Part shown: one piece after another, positions 32,191 to 45,203 of the stretch | How the letters are laid out: each line of letters begins with the position of its first letter | How positions within the stretch are numbered: position 1 is the first letter of the stretch | Assembly: GCA_951406725.2 (NCBI GenBank) | Contig: OX597821.1 | Span: 17,980,001-18,044,000 of the forward strand | Direction: 5' to 3' | DNA: 64,000 nt | Source of the DNA: Octopus vulgaris | Lineage: Eukaryota | Program-made: the position numbers and the translations under genes | Notes under the pieces: model-generated | What the model was told of the DNA's origin: nothing | Database searches by the model: none | Seen by the model: only the letters and a program-made list of their open reading frames with translations

Positions 32191-32449
32191 TCTCATGATG
32201 ATCATAACGAAAAGTCGGTTTGGCGAAGAGAAAGTAATCCAAATGATACGAAGAAATCTAAGAAAATTCTTTAACTCATCTTTAATGATTCGCTACAATT
32301 GTTTCTCTTCAAAAGGTATTTGTAACGCCACTTTACGTAAAAGTTCAAATCTCCACTTCGAATTTTTGCGAAAACTTGCGTTGCAAATAGAGTTGGTACG
32401 GAAACAATTGTAACGAATCATTAAAGATATGTTAAAGAATTCTCTTTGT

Positions 32450-32547
32450 CTTCTTCTTCTTCTTCTTCTTCTTCTTCTTCTTCTTCTTCTTCTTCTTCTT
32501 CTTCTTCTTCTTCTTCTTCTTCTTCTTCTTCTTCTTCTTCTTCTTCA
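32450..32547. repeat. (CTT)n microsatellite
   Basis: Directly visible. Confidence 0.95.
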
Positions 32548-32793
32548 TTTATATGATATATATATATATAATTAATACTATTAAATTAGTATCTAATTCT
32601 CTCACCCTTATTAATTAATTATAATTATGCTGCATTTATTTCTAAATGCTGTATTTGTTTTCCGTGAAAGTTTGGCGCGCTGTTGGTTGGGGCATTTGAA
32701 TTATAACGTCGGATGTAATCAATTGAACCACACGCGTATTTATCGTTATGGTAAAATCTGGCGTGTGATTGAGTGGATTTCATCCAGATAGTC

Positions 32794-32871
32794 TTGGCTG
32801 ACGAGCTACAAATGGATTTTTTTGTAAGTAAAATTACATTTAATTCATTAATAGCGAAACAATTGTCCCAA
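32794..32871 (+). ncRNA. Type-I hammerhead ribozyme in a solo PLE pseudo-LTR (~32570-33027) flanked by (TA)n
   Basis: ttgg-CTGACGA-gcta(long loop)tagc-GAAA-caattg-TC-ccaa. Canonical core, GUC triplet, palindromic stem III. Confidence 0.85.
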
Positions 32872-33022
32872 AATAATCTGTATTTTTGTTATTTTTTATT
32901 TGCCCTGTCCGTGTGAGCTAACAATCGTACTGACTTTCATGGTAGGCATGTATTTTCGTGGTTGAAACCTTTTGGATTAACTGGTGCTAGAGTGAGCAAT
33001 ATAGTGACCACTCTCTTATATT

Positions 33023-33062
<40 letters not shown>

Positions 33063-33148
33063 AATCCAAACGGGAAACAAAAAAACAACAACAAGGGAAC
33101 AATTACAGTATTATTATTAATAGGCGCTCAGGAAATGGAAGCAGGAAG

Positions 33149-33184
33149 GTATGACGTTTCGAGCGGAGCTCTTCGTCGGAAACA
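33149..33184 (-). ncRNA. Variant minimal hammerhead (CCGACGA core) in a PLE-like 3' UTR fragment (~33060-33930)
   Basis: Minus strand: gttt-CCGACGA-a-gagc(tcc)gctc-GAAA-cg-TC-atac. Related to 40552 and 55250. Confidence 0.6.
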
Positions 33185-34354
33185 TAAAGAAGGAAGAGAG
33201 AGGAAAGAAAGATCCCGGAGCGGGCAACGGAGATAGAGAAAAAAAAACGGCTGGTGTTAGCAGAAGCACATGGTGAAAGGCGGATGTTTACGATAACAAG
33301 AGCAAAGTGGGTTTTTAAAGGCAAAAGAGTGGAGACAAGGTTGGTAACGCAACAGATGTGTGTGTATGTGTGAGTGTGTGCGTGTGCGTGTGTGTATGTG
33401 TGTGTGTGAGGCGAGGTAAAAAAACAAAAAATATATGTATGTGTTAGTGTGTGCGTCTGTGTGTAGGCGTGTGAGGTAGGGCGAGACGGTGGTCAGCATA
33501 GCAGCAGCATAGCAGACAAAGGTCAGTAGTGAGAAAAGGGAGGAAGGAGGAAGGGAGGGAGGGGAAGGGGTGGGGGCGTATGTAGCGTGCCAGCGTGTGT
33601 TGAGTGGTAGTGTGTGTGTGTGTCCAGTGTCGTGGTAGTATTAGTGGCGAGTAGATTGAATGTGTGTAAGAGTGAGGTATATGTTTAAGCAATGTGTGTA
33701 TATGTGTGCGCGTGTGTGTAACGAAAAAAAAAAAAAAAAAGGGGGGGGGGGTTTAGGAAAAGGACTCCAGCGGAGGGGAAGATGGAGGAGTGGTCCCGCG
33801 GAGACGGGCGTGGGAAAACCCAACGACACGCGACATCCCAGGAACGGGCGGGAGGTCTCGTCGGATCCAAGGGCGAGGTGCATGCGGGCGCATGCGTGCG
33901 CGAACCGGCGCAAACGCGTGTGTGCGCGAGCCTATATATATATATATATGTATGTATGCATGTATGTATGTATGTATGTATATATGAATATATATATATA
34001 TATATATATACTCAGAGTAACAGGTTATGTTGAATTTTCTGCTGCTTTAAATAAAGTATATATATATATATATATTCTTTTTTTTTTTTTGGCATCCTTT
34101 TTGTCTCGGGAGACAATGGAGTTGCGCATAAAGTAGTCTAGTCCGGCTTTTACATTTCATGTCCTGATACATTTCCTGCTGTGGCTGTGTAGTCCTATCC
34201 TGGACAAACACTCCCTTTGGCAGGTACCGCAAATGTAGCAAAGACTGTTCCTGGCTGGTTGTAATGTCATAGTTTCTTGTTGACGTCTTTTCTTGTCTTT
34301 CCATTTCTCCTCTCTCTCTCTCTGTCACTCATTTGTATTCCCTCTTTTACGGTA

Positions 34355-34985
34355 CGTCGTCAGTCTCCACGGTTTCCGGCAACTGCCTCCCAACCGCTAA
34401 TATTGATGTTGCAGGCCTTCATGTCCCTTTTGCAAACATCCTTGTAACGTAAGAACAGTCTACGCATAGACCTAGTACCCCTAGCAAGCTCTCCGTAGAG
34501 TATGTCCTTGGGGATTCTGCCATCTTTCATACGGCTAACATGCCCAAGCCATCTCATACGTCTTTGTGTGAGGAGTGCAAACATGCTTGGTATTCCTGCT
34601 TGCCTGAAGACATCTTTGTTGGGGATATGGTTCTACCATTTGATGCGGAGGATTTTCCGGAGGCAGCGCAGGTGAAAGATGTTTAGGTGACGCTCTTGGC
34701 GTGTGTATAGCGTCCAAGTCTCACTTCCATACAGTAGAGTGCTAAGTACACATGCCTGGTAGATCTTCATTTTCGTGGTCTTGGTCAGCTTATTGTTGTC
34801 CCAAGCCCGTTTGGAGAGTTGGGCCATCGCAGCAGCTGCCTTGCCAATGCGTATATTGAGCTCAGCGTCAAGGGATAGGTTGTAGGTGACGGTAGAGCCC
34901 AGATAGGTAAACTTCTCCACCTCTTGTAATCTGTGGTCTCCAATATGTATGTTTGGGATGTCCGATGTAGCCTTACCCATGATGT
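34355..34985 (-). mobile_element. RTE (BovB-like) LINE fragment
   Basis: VEKFTYLGS, RIGKAAAA, LLYGSETW, FHLRCLRKIL, RWLGHVSRM, RIPKDILYGEL. Confidence 0.85.
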
Positions 34986-35026
34986 TATATATATATACTC
35001 TCTGTTTCTCTCTCTCTCTACTCGCC

Positions 35027-35061
<35 letters not shown>

Positions 35062-35092
35062 AAGCATTATCTCTCATACATATACATATATA

Positions 35093-35493
35093 TACTAGCA
35101 TTATCGCCCGGCGTTGCTCGGCTTTGTAAGGGGAATAACTATATAAGCATTTTTAGAGATGTAAAGTATAATAGCCATCTCAATATAGCTAACCACAAAG
35201 GGGGGGGGTGTTACTGTAGCTTTTTACGTTCTGAGATTTAATAATACATTTTTAGAGAGTTACTTCCCTTATATAAATCGAGCGAAAATACATTAAAAAT
35301 GGGGAAAAATGATGGTAATTTGTTTTTTAATCGTAGACTCATCGTAGACGCGCGCTAATACCCAGAAGGGCTCGATATGAACCACGACTATAAGATACCC
35401 GGTTTTGGTTACACTGCAACGCAAAATGTGGGAGTAGTTAGGAATCTAAATCGTAGGAGACAGACACACAACTTCACTTTTATATATAAAGAT
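35093..35493. mobile_element. Non-autonomous Helitron/Helentron-like element, followed by (GATA)n
   Basis: Terminus actagc..gcccggcgttgctcgg with a short stem; other end cttttatatataaagat. Family by resemblance only. Confidence 0.45.
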
Positions 35494-35505
35494 ATATAGA
35501 TAGAC

Positions 35506-35589
<84 letters not shown>

Positions 35590-35824
35590 TATATACTTAC
35601 GCACATACATATACAACACACGCATACACGTACACCTATGTACAAACATGGGCACTTGAAAACCCTAACAAAAACATTCTTTTATTTTGCGCTATAGACC
35701 GGATTCATACTTGTAGATTTTAGGTGACAATTGGATGGTAGCTGGAAACACAAATTAAGGTCATTTAAATTTTCAGGATATGAATACTATCCTATTTCGC
35801 GAAAATATTGAGTTATTTATTACC

Positions 35825-35902
<78 letters not shown>

Positions 35903-37388
35903 TTATTTATTTAATTATTTATTTTTGTTTATTTGGCACTTACTAACTTATAATTAATTTAATTTAATTTATAATTAATGAACTTATATCTAAATTAATA
36001 GTAACTTCTGTTTACTTTTTGTGTATGTATATATACGTCTTTGGATGGGCAGACATATATTTTAATTTATGATTTTAGTGGATATGAATACTATCCTATT
36101 TCGCGAAAATATTAGGTGTTGAGTTATTTATTACCCCGTGCGCCTAAGCGGAAGCAGGATATTGTAATCACTCGTCTTTGTCTGTTTGCATGTTTGCAAA
36201 ATTACTAGAAAATGGCTGAACATTTGACAAAAATACTCATTGAGGGAGTGGCTCGAAATGATGAACATTTGGTTTGATTATCTTTAAAAAAACTTAAATT
36301 AAATTAAATTAAAAAATCGGACTTATAAATTTCCCGATGAGCAAGTGGACTTGTTATTTTGTTACCTGTCTTTATTATATGAATTGATCTTCGTCTGTGT
36401 GTGTATAGATCATGGTGTACCTATGTGCGTAGACACGTGTGCATACATACATATGCGATTGTGAGTGTACGTGTGTGTGTGCGTGCGCGTACGTGCGTGT
36501 ATGTGTGTGCGTATGTGTGTGTATGTGTGTGTGTGCGTGTGTGTGTGTACAGTGATGTGTTCGAGGGTTTCGTTTATTTACGACTTGATGTCTTAATTTC
36601 ACCGGAGTACAAATATCTATAATGATGATACTTCAAAAAAAAAATAATTAATTCAGTTCAATTAAAATGCATGGGTGAGCAACACATTGTAAGCCACAAT
36701 ATAATTTGCGAAAAAATTTATCTGCGCGCAGGATACTCATCGATCCTCCGATGCCTTTTTTATATACCATGTTATATCTTCTATGCATGGTATGCACATT
36801 AACAGCAATGACCAACCATTTTTTGTTTATTTATTTGTTTATTTATTGTATGTCAATATTCGATATATTTCAAGATTTATTGCCAATATAGAAAGAGTTG
36901 GGTTCTAGTCAAGATCCAAGGCTCCTTCATTGGAATTTCAACAACATCACTAGGATATTTTTGCATGTGTGTGTATATGTGCGGTATTTGGTGTCAGTGC
37001 ATGTGCAGATTTGTATGTTCTGTTTAATGCATTTATTCTCATGCATATATTTGTATGCCTAGATATGCGCATATATATAAACTTCCGGAAAGTGTCATAA
37101 ATTTTTAGTTCTAGTGACGGCTTGGATTTATAGTATTCGAATCAGATTTCTTCTTCCCGGTTTTGAGAAGCTTAATTTTTCTCCAAATTGGTACCGAGAC
37201 AATGTGTTAAATATCCCAGTGTCCCGTTAATGACAGGTATATGCTTGAACTTGTAATCTTGGTAGAGTAGCAGCAGATTTCTCAATAGCTCAATAACTTT
37301 TTTTTTCCCTGGCGCCTAGCCTCATGTTAACATCCGTTAGGCAGCTAATTTCCACTACTGTACATAATTTTGCTCCTCAGTCTGCTCA

Positions 37389-37550
37389 GGCGCAGGAGTG
37401 GCTGTGTGGTAAGTAGCTTGTTTACCAACCACATGGTTCCGGATTCAGTCCCACTGCCTGGCACCTTGGGCAAGTGTCTTCTGCTATAGCCTCGGGACGA
37501 CCAAAGCCTTGTGAGTGGATTTGGTAGACGGAAACTGAAAGAAGCCCGTC

Positions 37551-37628
<78 letters not shown>

Positions 37629-37848
37629 TGTGTGTGTTTGTGTCTGTGTGTTTGTCCCGCTAGCATTGCTTGACAACCGATGCTGGTGTGTTTATGTCCC
37701 CGTTACTTAGCGGTTCGGCAAAAGAGACCGATAGAATAAGTACTGGGCTTACAAAAGAATAAGTCCCGGGTCGAGTGGCTCGATTAAAGGCGATGCTCCA
37801 GCATGGCCGCAGTCAAATGACTGAAACAAGTAAAAGAGTAAAAGAGTC
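37389..37848 (+). mobile_element. tRNA-derived SINE with internal (TA)n/(TG)n and a LINE-like 3' end
   Basis: A box tggctgtgtggta, B-box-like ggattcagtccc; tail ctccagcatggccgcagtcaaatgactgaaac(aagtaaaagag). Copies at 43758 and 51638. Confidence 0.88.
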
Positions 37849-38190
37849 TTAAATCACTATGTCAGGTCTATAATGTTTACATTTAATTGAGGTTTTCTCT
37901 ACAACCTTCACCGAAACATTCACTGGAGCGTTATGTGTGGCTATGGCCGCTACCACACTATGGGTTCTTATTTTTTGGGCCTCGGAGTTATCCTTCCGAC
38001 GTATCTCTTTACACAGTGACTTGACTACATCATGCCTCATCAGTAGATAATATCGCGATAACAATTTTAGATAGATGTCTATGATGTGGGTGATATCTTC
38101 GGCGTGAACTCCACAAAGTCTACATTGGTTCTCACATTTTAGTGCTTTTCCTGCATCTGCGTCCCTTCTCTGCATCAGGTATTTGGTTGG
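37849..38190 (-). mobile_element. R4/Dong RLE-domain fragment
   Basis: CRLCGVHAEDITHII...RHDVV...RPDIVI. Confidence 0.75.
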
Positions 38191-38702
38191 TGTTGTGGAA
38201 GGATCCTGACCACCTCCACATGCCAGAGAGTGGACTAACGCATTTCAAAAATTTAAGAAACTGTGTGAATTGTCGGTAGTTGACAGTCAGCAGTAGAAAG
38301 CGTGTAGTTGACAGCATTGATCGTTCGTATTGGATTACTATGTCAGTTTAATATCGTACCTACGTTGGGCGTTGTACGGAGCACGTTCTGTGTGAATATA
38401 TTAATTCTACGAAAGGTTATTCTAATAACCATATCTAAATATTTATTTGGGTAATATGGCGACGAGATATTCAAGCCCCCGAAGACATAACACTTGGTAT
38501 TTTCTGTTCCCGGATGGCAAACACATTCCTTTCAAAGTAGGAATTAGCAGGCTGTTGTTGGTCCATGATACACTGCTTTCGTCATCAATGTTATTACCAT
38601 CCCAGAACGTTCTGTTATCCACATACATGTAAGTATGTATGTATGTATATATATATGTATGTATTATGTATGTATGTATGTGCGTATGTGTTTGTGTGTG
38701 TA

Positions 38703-38741
<39 letters not shown>

Positions 38742-38745
<4 letters not shown>

Positions 38746-39009
38746 TTTATAATTAAGGGCTAAAGAAGGTTAATTCTAAAGCCAATACACTGATTTATCA
38801 ATTTATAATCCACTTGTTACAGAAAAATTGAACTGTAACAAGTGGATTATAAGTGGATAAATCAGTGTATTGGCTTTAGAATAACCTTCTTTAGCTCTTA
38901 ATTATAAAATGTTTATACTTCAACCGTAAAGGTTTTTTTAATATACTGCCACGCTTTCTGATGGAATCCTTTTCTGTAGAGAAAGGGACTTCATCCTATA
39001 TTGTTAGTA

Positions 39010-39010
<1 letters not shown>
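38742..39010. mobile_element. Miniature fold-back element (inverted arms 38742-38822 / 38833-38912 plus ~100-nt unpaired tail) between (TA)n tracts
   Basis: acattttataattaagggctaaagaagg...cacttgttacag versus ctgtaacaagtg...ccttctttagctcttaattataaaatgt. Confidence 0.75.
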
Positions 39011-39064
<54 letters not shown>

Positions 39065-39067
<3 letters not shown>

Positions 39068-39371
39068 TTTATTTAAAAGCAGCAGAGATTCAACAAAACC
39101 TGTTACTCGGAGTTTCACGTTCCCGTTCGTCGGACAGTTTTGTTAAAATTGTACCGATATGACAATTCTATCAAGACTAGTGTTGATACTAGTCGTGATA
39201 GAATTGTCATATCGGTTCTATTTTAACAAAACTGTCCGACGAACGGGAATGTGAAACTCCGAGTAACAGGTTTTGTTGAATTTCTGCTGCTTTTAAATAA
39301 ATCATATTACTCTACTCCTGGTATTTGAGTACTCTTTTTTCCACCTTGTTTCACATTCATGTGTTTACTCC

Positions 39372-39373
<2 letters not shown>
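39065..39373. mobile_element. Miniature fold-back PLE end (arms ~39067-39181 / 39188-39302 plus ~70-nt tail) with hammerhead-like motifs at 39100-39137 (-) and 39232-39269 (+)
   Basis: ctgt-CCGACGA-acgggaatgt-GAAA-ctccgag-TA-acag; (TA)n flanks; same family as 52801-53098. Confidence 0.8.
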
Positions 39374-39447
<74 letters not shown>

Positions 39448-39984
39448 TATATAACAACAAGTATGTACGAAGAAAATCGTGGTTTTATTTTAGATCACAC
39501 CATAAAAATCCAACAATTGCTTCATTTGAATTAACTTATACACACACACACACACACATATGTATATCTCACAATATGCAAACAGGATAGAACGGAAATA
39601 GGTGCCAGTTAAGAATACAAACGTACAGAATTAGTTATATTCTCAGTTTCAGTTACAAGCTCATGTATCTCACAATATGCAACAGGACATCCTGTTGCTT
39701 ATTTTGATGTTATTCACCTTACTTTGAGTTGTACGGATAATACCGCCCTGACTTCGTGCTAGGATCCTGACCACCTCCACAGGACTGAAAGTGGACTATC
39801 GCATTTCAATAAAATAAAGAAACCGTGTAAACTGTCGGTAGTTGACAGTCAGCAGTTGAAAATAGGAAGTTCTCATGAGTTTACTTTCAGATATACTCAT
39901 TAGGTTGTTGTTGTTGTTGTTTTTTTTGGGTTTTTTGTATTATCTGAAATAGAATACCCACATATCTATTCATCCCCAAAACTG

Positions 39985-40031
<47 letters not shown>

Positions 40032-40351
40032 TAATAATAATGTGACAACAAAAGAATGAATGAAACCTCTATATTATGTAAATAGAGGAATTTATAAATA
40101 TATATATAAATGTATGTATCTATTTATCTATAAGTGCGTGTGCATGTGTGTATGTGTATCTACCTATGTGAATGGGTGTAAGTCTGAGTGTATGGGTACA
40201 TATGTATGTGTTCGTACAGGGGTAGGTGTGTGCCTATATATATATATGGGAGGGTTGTGTATGCATAGACGTGCGGTTGCGTATGTGTATACATGTACAT
40301 GTGCGTATATGCATGTTTATGTGTGAGTATATGCATTTGTGTATCTATCTA

Positions 40352-40494
<143 letters not shown>

Positions 40495-40551
40495 ACCGTT
40501 GGCGATTTTTTTTCCTCTGTCTTCCCTTCTCGGGATCTCTCCTTCTCCTAT

Positions 40552-40586
40552 GTTTCCGACGAAGAGCTCCGGTCGAAACGTTAAAC
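40552..40586 (+). ncRNA. Variant minimal hammerhead (CCGACGA) in a pseudo-LTR fragment (40496-41278) split by a solo LTR
   Basis: gttt-CCGACGA-agagctccggtc-GAAA-cg-TT-aaac. Confidence 0.6.
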
Positions 40587-40587
40587 C

Positions 40588-41171
40588 TGTAGTGGATGCG
40601 TGGATGTATTAATAAATACATAAGTGCTTTGTAATAAATTAAAGATTTATTATCACTACATCAATTTGTAAGCAATGTTACACATCGCTTGTACAAAATG
40701 CATATTAAATAGTGGTTGCAAATAATACATATTAAAGGAATGCATAATACAGGATACACATTAAAGCAGAATATGTTTGATGGTGTGTGTGTGTGCGTGT
40801 GTGTAAATCATGCATGACAGAGTCACCTTTCTGAATATTCTTTCGTCGTTCTCATAAATGCGTGGCGTTCTCTTAAACGTTGATTCGGGTTCTCTCTAGA
40901 TACCTATTTCTCCGTTCTATTTATAACATCTCAAATAGCCAGAAAAATAGATATACCGCAAGAGAGTTATCATTAAAGTAGGTCGCTGGTCGTCCTGTTA
41001 AACTTCGCCTGACCTGCTCGGGTCAGAGGTCGAAGGGAGACGATCCATCATTTTTTGTCAGAACAAAGAGATTCTGATTTCGCGCCTTTTTGTGCATTGG
41101 TATTTTACGACCAATGATTCTTGGGTCTGATTTCGAATCCAAGCTTTGAGAAGGAAGTGCTAATTCTTACA
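40588..41171. mobile_element. Solo LTR (TGTA...TACA) with 4-bp TSD AACC
   Basis: aacc|tgtagtgg...ttcttaca|aacc. Removing it restores cgttaaaccctcc, as in the uninterrupted copy near 55277. Confidence 0.75.
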
Positions 41172-41272
41172 AACCCTCCGTCTTCCCTTCTTTCCTGAGC
41201 GTCCAATAATACTATATTTGTTCCACGTCCTCGCGTTGTTGTGGGGGTTTTTTTGTGTTTTCTTGTTTGGAT

Positions 41273-41313
<41 letters not shown>

Positions 41314-41703
41314 GTGTGTCTTGTATATACTTTATTTACAACTTATAAATGTACTTTACGTCCTTACCTTATTTATATTGAAAGTCCCCCGACTATCTCT
41401 ATTTAATTTATTCTTCTGTCACTATAATTCTATCTACCTACTCTATCTTACCTCCAACCAACCTGTAAACTCTTCGCCTTAACACATAAAAGTACAAACC
41501 AGAAATAGTATCATTCAGTCTGCTATAATGAATCCATAAACAAACATAAAACATTTAAGGGTATATTTTTTGTTCCCCTCAGAAATATGAATTTAATAAT
41601 TGAGACAGCTGGAAGAGGTAATGTTCGATTTGTTGTTGGTAATACACACTTGTTATCTTCACAAACTCCATTTTCTTCATGTGTGGGGTGCGGTATGTAT
41701 GTG

Positions 41704-41749
<46 letters not shown>

Positions 41750-41849
41750 ATGTGTGTTTGTATGCATGTATGTATGTATGTATGTATGTATGTATGTATA
41801 TATGTATATATGTATGTATGTATTATGTATGCATGTTAGTACATATCAA

Positions 41850-42075
41850 TGTGTGTGTCTTGCGGTTTGTGCTGCGCGCTCCTCCTCATCGATTGACAAC
41901 CTGTGTTGCCTGTTTATGTTGCCGTAACTTCCCAGCTCGGCATAATGGACCGATAAAATACTTACCAAACTTTAAAAAATAAGTACAGGGGTCGATTCGT
42001 TTGAATAAAACCCTTCAAAGCGGTGCCCCAGCACAGCCGCAGTCCAATGACTGAAATAAATAAAGGACAAAAAAT
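41850..42075 (+). mobile_element. SINE 3' half (family of 37389)
   Basis: ttgacaacc..gtttatgt...gcggtgccccagcacagccgcagtccaatgactgaaa. Confidence 0.7.
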
Positions 42076-43757
42076 AAAGACTTTTGTTTTTGTTTTATTT
42101 TCTGGATATTTAATGAGTAATTCCTGTTTCTTTGAGTTTCTTTTTTTTTTTTAAGCATTGCTTTTATTTATTTAGCGTCTTTTACTTAAGTGCTTCGCGG
42201 TTCTCTGTTTTTCTCCCTGTGTCTGTTCCTCTCGATTTCCTTCTTTCTGTTGGTATTGTGAATTTTACATAATTACTTACATATTAGTACTTGTCAATTG
42301 TCACACGACGCCCACATAAATATGTGTAAGTCAATTTTGACCATATTTTCGCTACTATATCCGTCTGTAATTTAAATTAGCTCCTTTGGGATTACAACTA
42401 TTGAAGCACTAACCCTACTGCTGCTGCTATTGTTACTATAATTACTAATACTACTACTATTACTAGCAGTAGAAGTAGTTTGTCGAATATGTTTACTCTC
42501 CATTATTGTAACATATTCTGAATCGTCAACCTAACTGGTACGTCCATTATATTTTTACTTTGATTACGATGTTTTTCATATTTCACCATTTCGTTTACAA
42601 ATTAAGCTTTAACAATAACTGTTAATCACAGTCTTTATCAGAAAATCTCATTTTTGGTTTGTTTGTTTGTTTGTTTCGGTTTTGGGGATTTTATTTGGTT
42701 GGTTATTTTTTTTTTTAATTATATCTTAGTCCAATTACGGGCCAACCGCAGTGCACGGAACTTTCTGAAAAGCATGCCTAACGAATAACTTGAACAATTT
42801 TAGTAGTGCGGGCCGTCTGGTGATGATCCAAGACTCATGTGACCCACCTCCCGAAAAAAATACCTGACTTAGGTTGCGAGGTAACCAACGACATCAATAG
42901 TAATGTGATCCTTTAAGTTTATAATTTGGGCGGAAATTAGCGGGTTTTGAAACATAACCATAATAACTTTTCATTGAACTTTGTACGAGACATTCGAAAA
43001 TATTTTCTTCATCAGTAAACGTTTAAATAAGCTTACTGCTTACTTATGAATCGCTTCGTTATGTCAGTATTTATCTATTTTGTTATATAGCTTTTCTTAT
43101 CTATTCTTCTCCAACCACTGAACGCTTTTAATCTGATTCCATCTTAGTATTGAGAGATCACCTACACAAGTATACCCCCACTAATTCATCTACTCATAAT
43201 TTCCAGAAATATGGTTATTTTTTATGAAAATTTCTACGAATACCTTTCAGAAGGTGTAGATAAAGATTATATCAAAATTTAGTGTTTAAAAAAAAAATGC
43301 TGTAGTGGGTGCACGTTTACATTCTGACAAGCATCACAATTTCTTCGAAGTACTCATGTACATTATCCTCTACCCCGCTTCTGGAAATGTTTTAACAACA
43401 AATTCCGATACCATCTGAAAGTTATGAGGAAACAAATTCGGTTTGAGATACACTTGAGTAGGTAGGCCATGACAATCAGTGTCAAATATACAAAGCTTTT
43501 ACACTCACTCTTTCTCGCTTTCTGTCTTAGGAAAACTGTTGTTCGCTCTCTAACAGTCTATTTTATGTTTCCTATCAATTTTCTATGTTTCAGCTCATTT
43601 CAAAAGAATATGCGTCGTAAAATTATCGTATTTATTATAAACGTTCGTACTTCACAACCTGAAATTTTCCTACCTCTAAATAATTTTAACTTCCATTAAT
43701 TTTACACAAATTCTGCCTTAATATCATCGCCAGATTCATTTCCCCAAGTTTTTTTTT

Positions 43758-43971
43758 TCTTTTATTCGTCTCAGTTATTTGACTGCGGTCATGCTGGAGC
43801 ACAGTATTTAGTCGAGCAAATCGACCCCAGAACTTATTCTTTGTAAGCCTAGTATTTATTCTATCGATTACTTTTGCCGAACTGCTAAGCTACGGGGACA
43901 TAAACACACCAGCATCGGTTGTCAAGCAATGCTGGAGGACAAACACAGACGCACAAACATATACATATATA

Positions 43972-44036
<65 letters not shown>

Positions 44037-44413
44037 GATGGGCTCCTTTCAGTTTCCGTCTACCAAATCTACTCACTAGGCTTTGGTCTAGTATTTATTC
44101 TATCGGTTACTTTTGCCGAACCGCTAAGCTACGGGGACATAAACACACCAGCATCGGTTGTCAAGCAATGCTGGAGGACAAACACAGACGCACAAACATA
44201 TACATATATATGCATACATATACATATATATATATATATATGTATATATACGATGGGCTCCTTTCAGTTTCCGTCTACCAAATCTACTCACTAGGCTTTG
44301 GTCGGCCCGCGGCTAAAGTAGAAGGCACTTGCCCACGGTGCCACACAGTGGGATTGAACCCGGAACCGTGTGGTTAGTAAGCAAGCTACTTACCACACAG
44401 CCACTCCTGCGCC
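43758..44413 (-). mobile_element. tRNA-derived SINE with a ~240-bp internal tandem duplication
   Basis: Reverse complement of the 37389 family; the unit starting ctagtatttattctatcg occurs at 43849 and 44088. Confidence 0.88.
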
Positions 44414-44572
44414 TCTACTATTAGTTATCTATTATTTTTTCATAAAACCTGACAAACACATTCTGATCTAAAATGTATTGCCAATTGTCGTAAGATACGT
44501 TTGATGACCATCGTTTCTCAACATTAAATGGTTTAAAACTTTTATATTCCTCTTAGTTCCAATACTAATACT

Positions 44573-44658
<86 letters not shown>

Positions 44659-44794
44659 CGAGTATCTGAAACCATGTATGTGTGTATACATATACCTGTG
44701 TGTTTGTATGCATGTATATATAAATATATGTGTGTGTGTGTGTGTGTGTTGATCTGTCTCTATTCGTGTGTGTATGTGTGCGCGCACACGAACT

Positions 44795-45110
44795 AAGGTC
44801 CATGGGTCAGTTGTAAGAGCGTCGGGTTCTAACTTACACCGTGAGGTTGTGAGTTCGATTCCCGGACGTGATCGTCTCTTGTGTTCTTGAGCAAAACACT
44901 TTATTTCAGGTTGCTCCAGTTCTCTCAGCTGTAGAAATGAGATGCGACGTCATCGGTGCCAAGCTGCATTAGCCTTTGCCTTTCCCTTGGACAACATTGG
45001 TCGCATGGAGATGTATTGTCCACTGCAGGTCTTTACAAACAACCTTTCTCAGACTCGTGCCTCGGAGGAGAACTTTCTAGAAGCAATCTCGAGGTCTTCG
45101 TGACCGAAGT
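44795..45110 (+). mobile_element. tRNA-derived SINE
   Basis: B box gagttcgattccc, then gtgttcttgagcaaaacactttatttca; related head at ~54040-54155. Confidence 0.65.
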
Positions 45111-45203
45111 GAGTTTTCTCCTCCTCCTCCTCCTCATCATCATCATCTCTCTCTCTCTCTCGCTCTCTCTCTCTCTCTTTCTGTATATATATATATATAT
45201 ATA

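Noticed and set aside
35776-36135. ~50-bp direct repeat (ggatatgaatactatcctatttcgcgaaaatatt) at ~35776 and ~36080; other two-copy repeats at 38200/39760 and 39585/53545
   Set aside because: Two-copy local or dispersed repeats with no spacer array or other structure; not CRISPR-like.
42820-42870. C/D-box snoRNA-like gtgatga...ctgac
   Set aside because: Only ~50 nt, with no convincing terminal stem or guide; more likely repeat sequence.
43159-43465. Possible MITE with weak terminal inverted repeats (acctacacaagt / acttgagtaggt)
   Set aside because: The match is too short and no TSD is evident.
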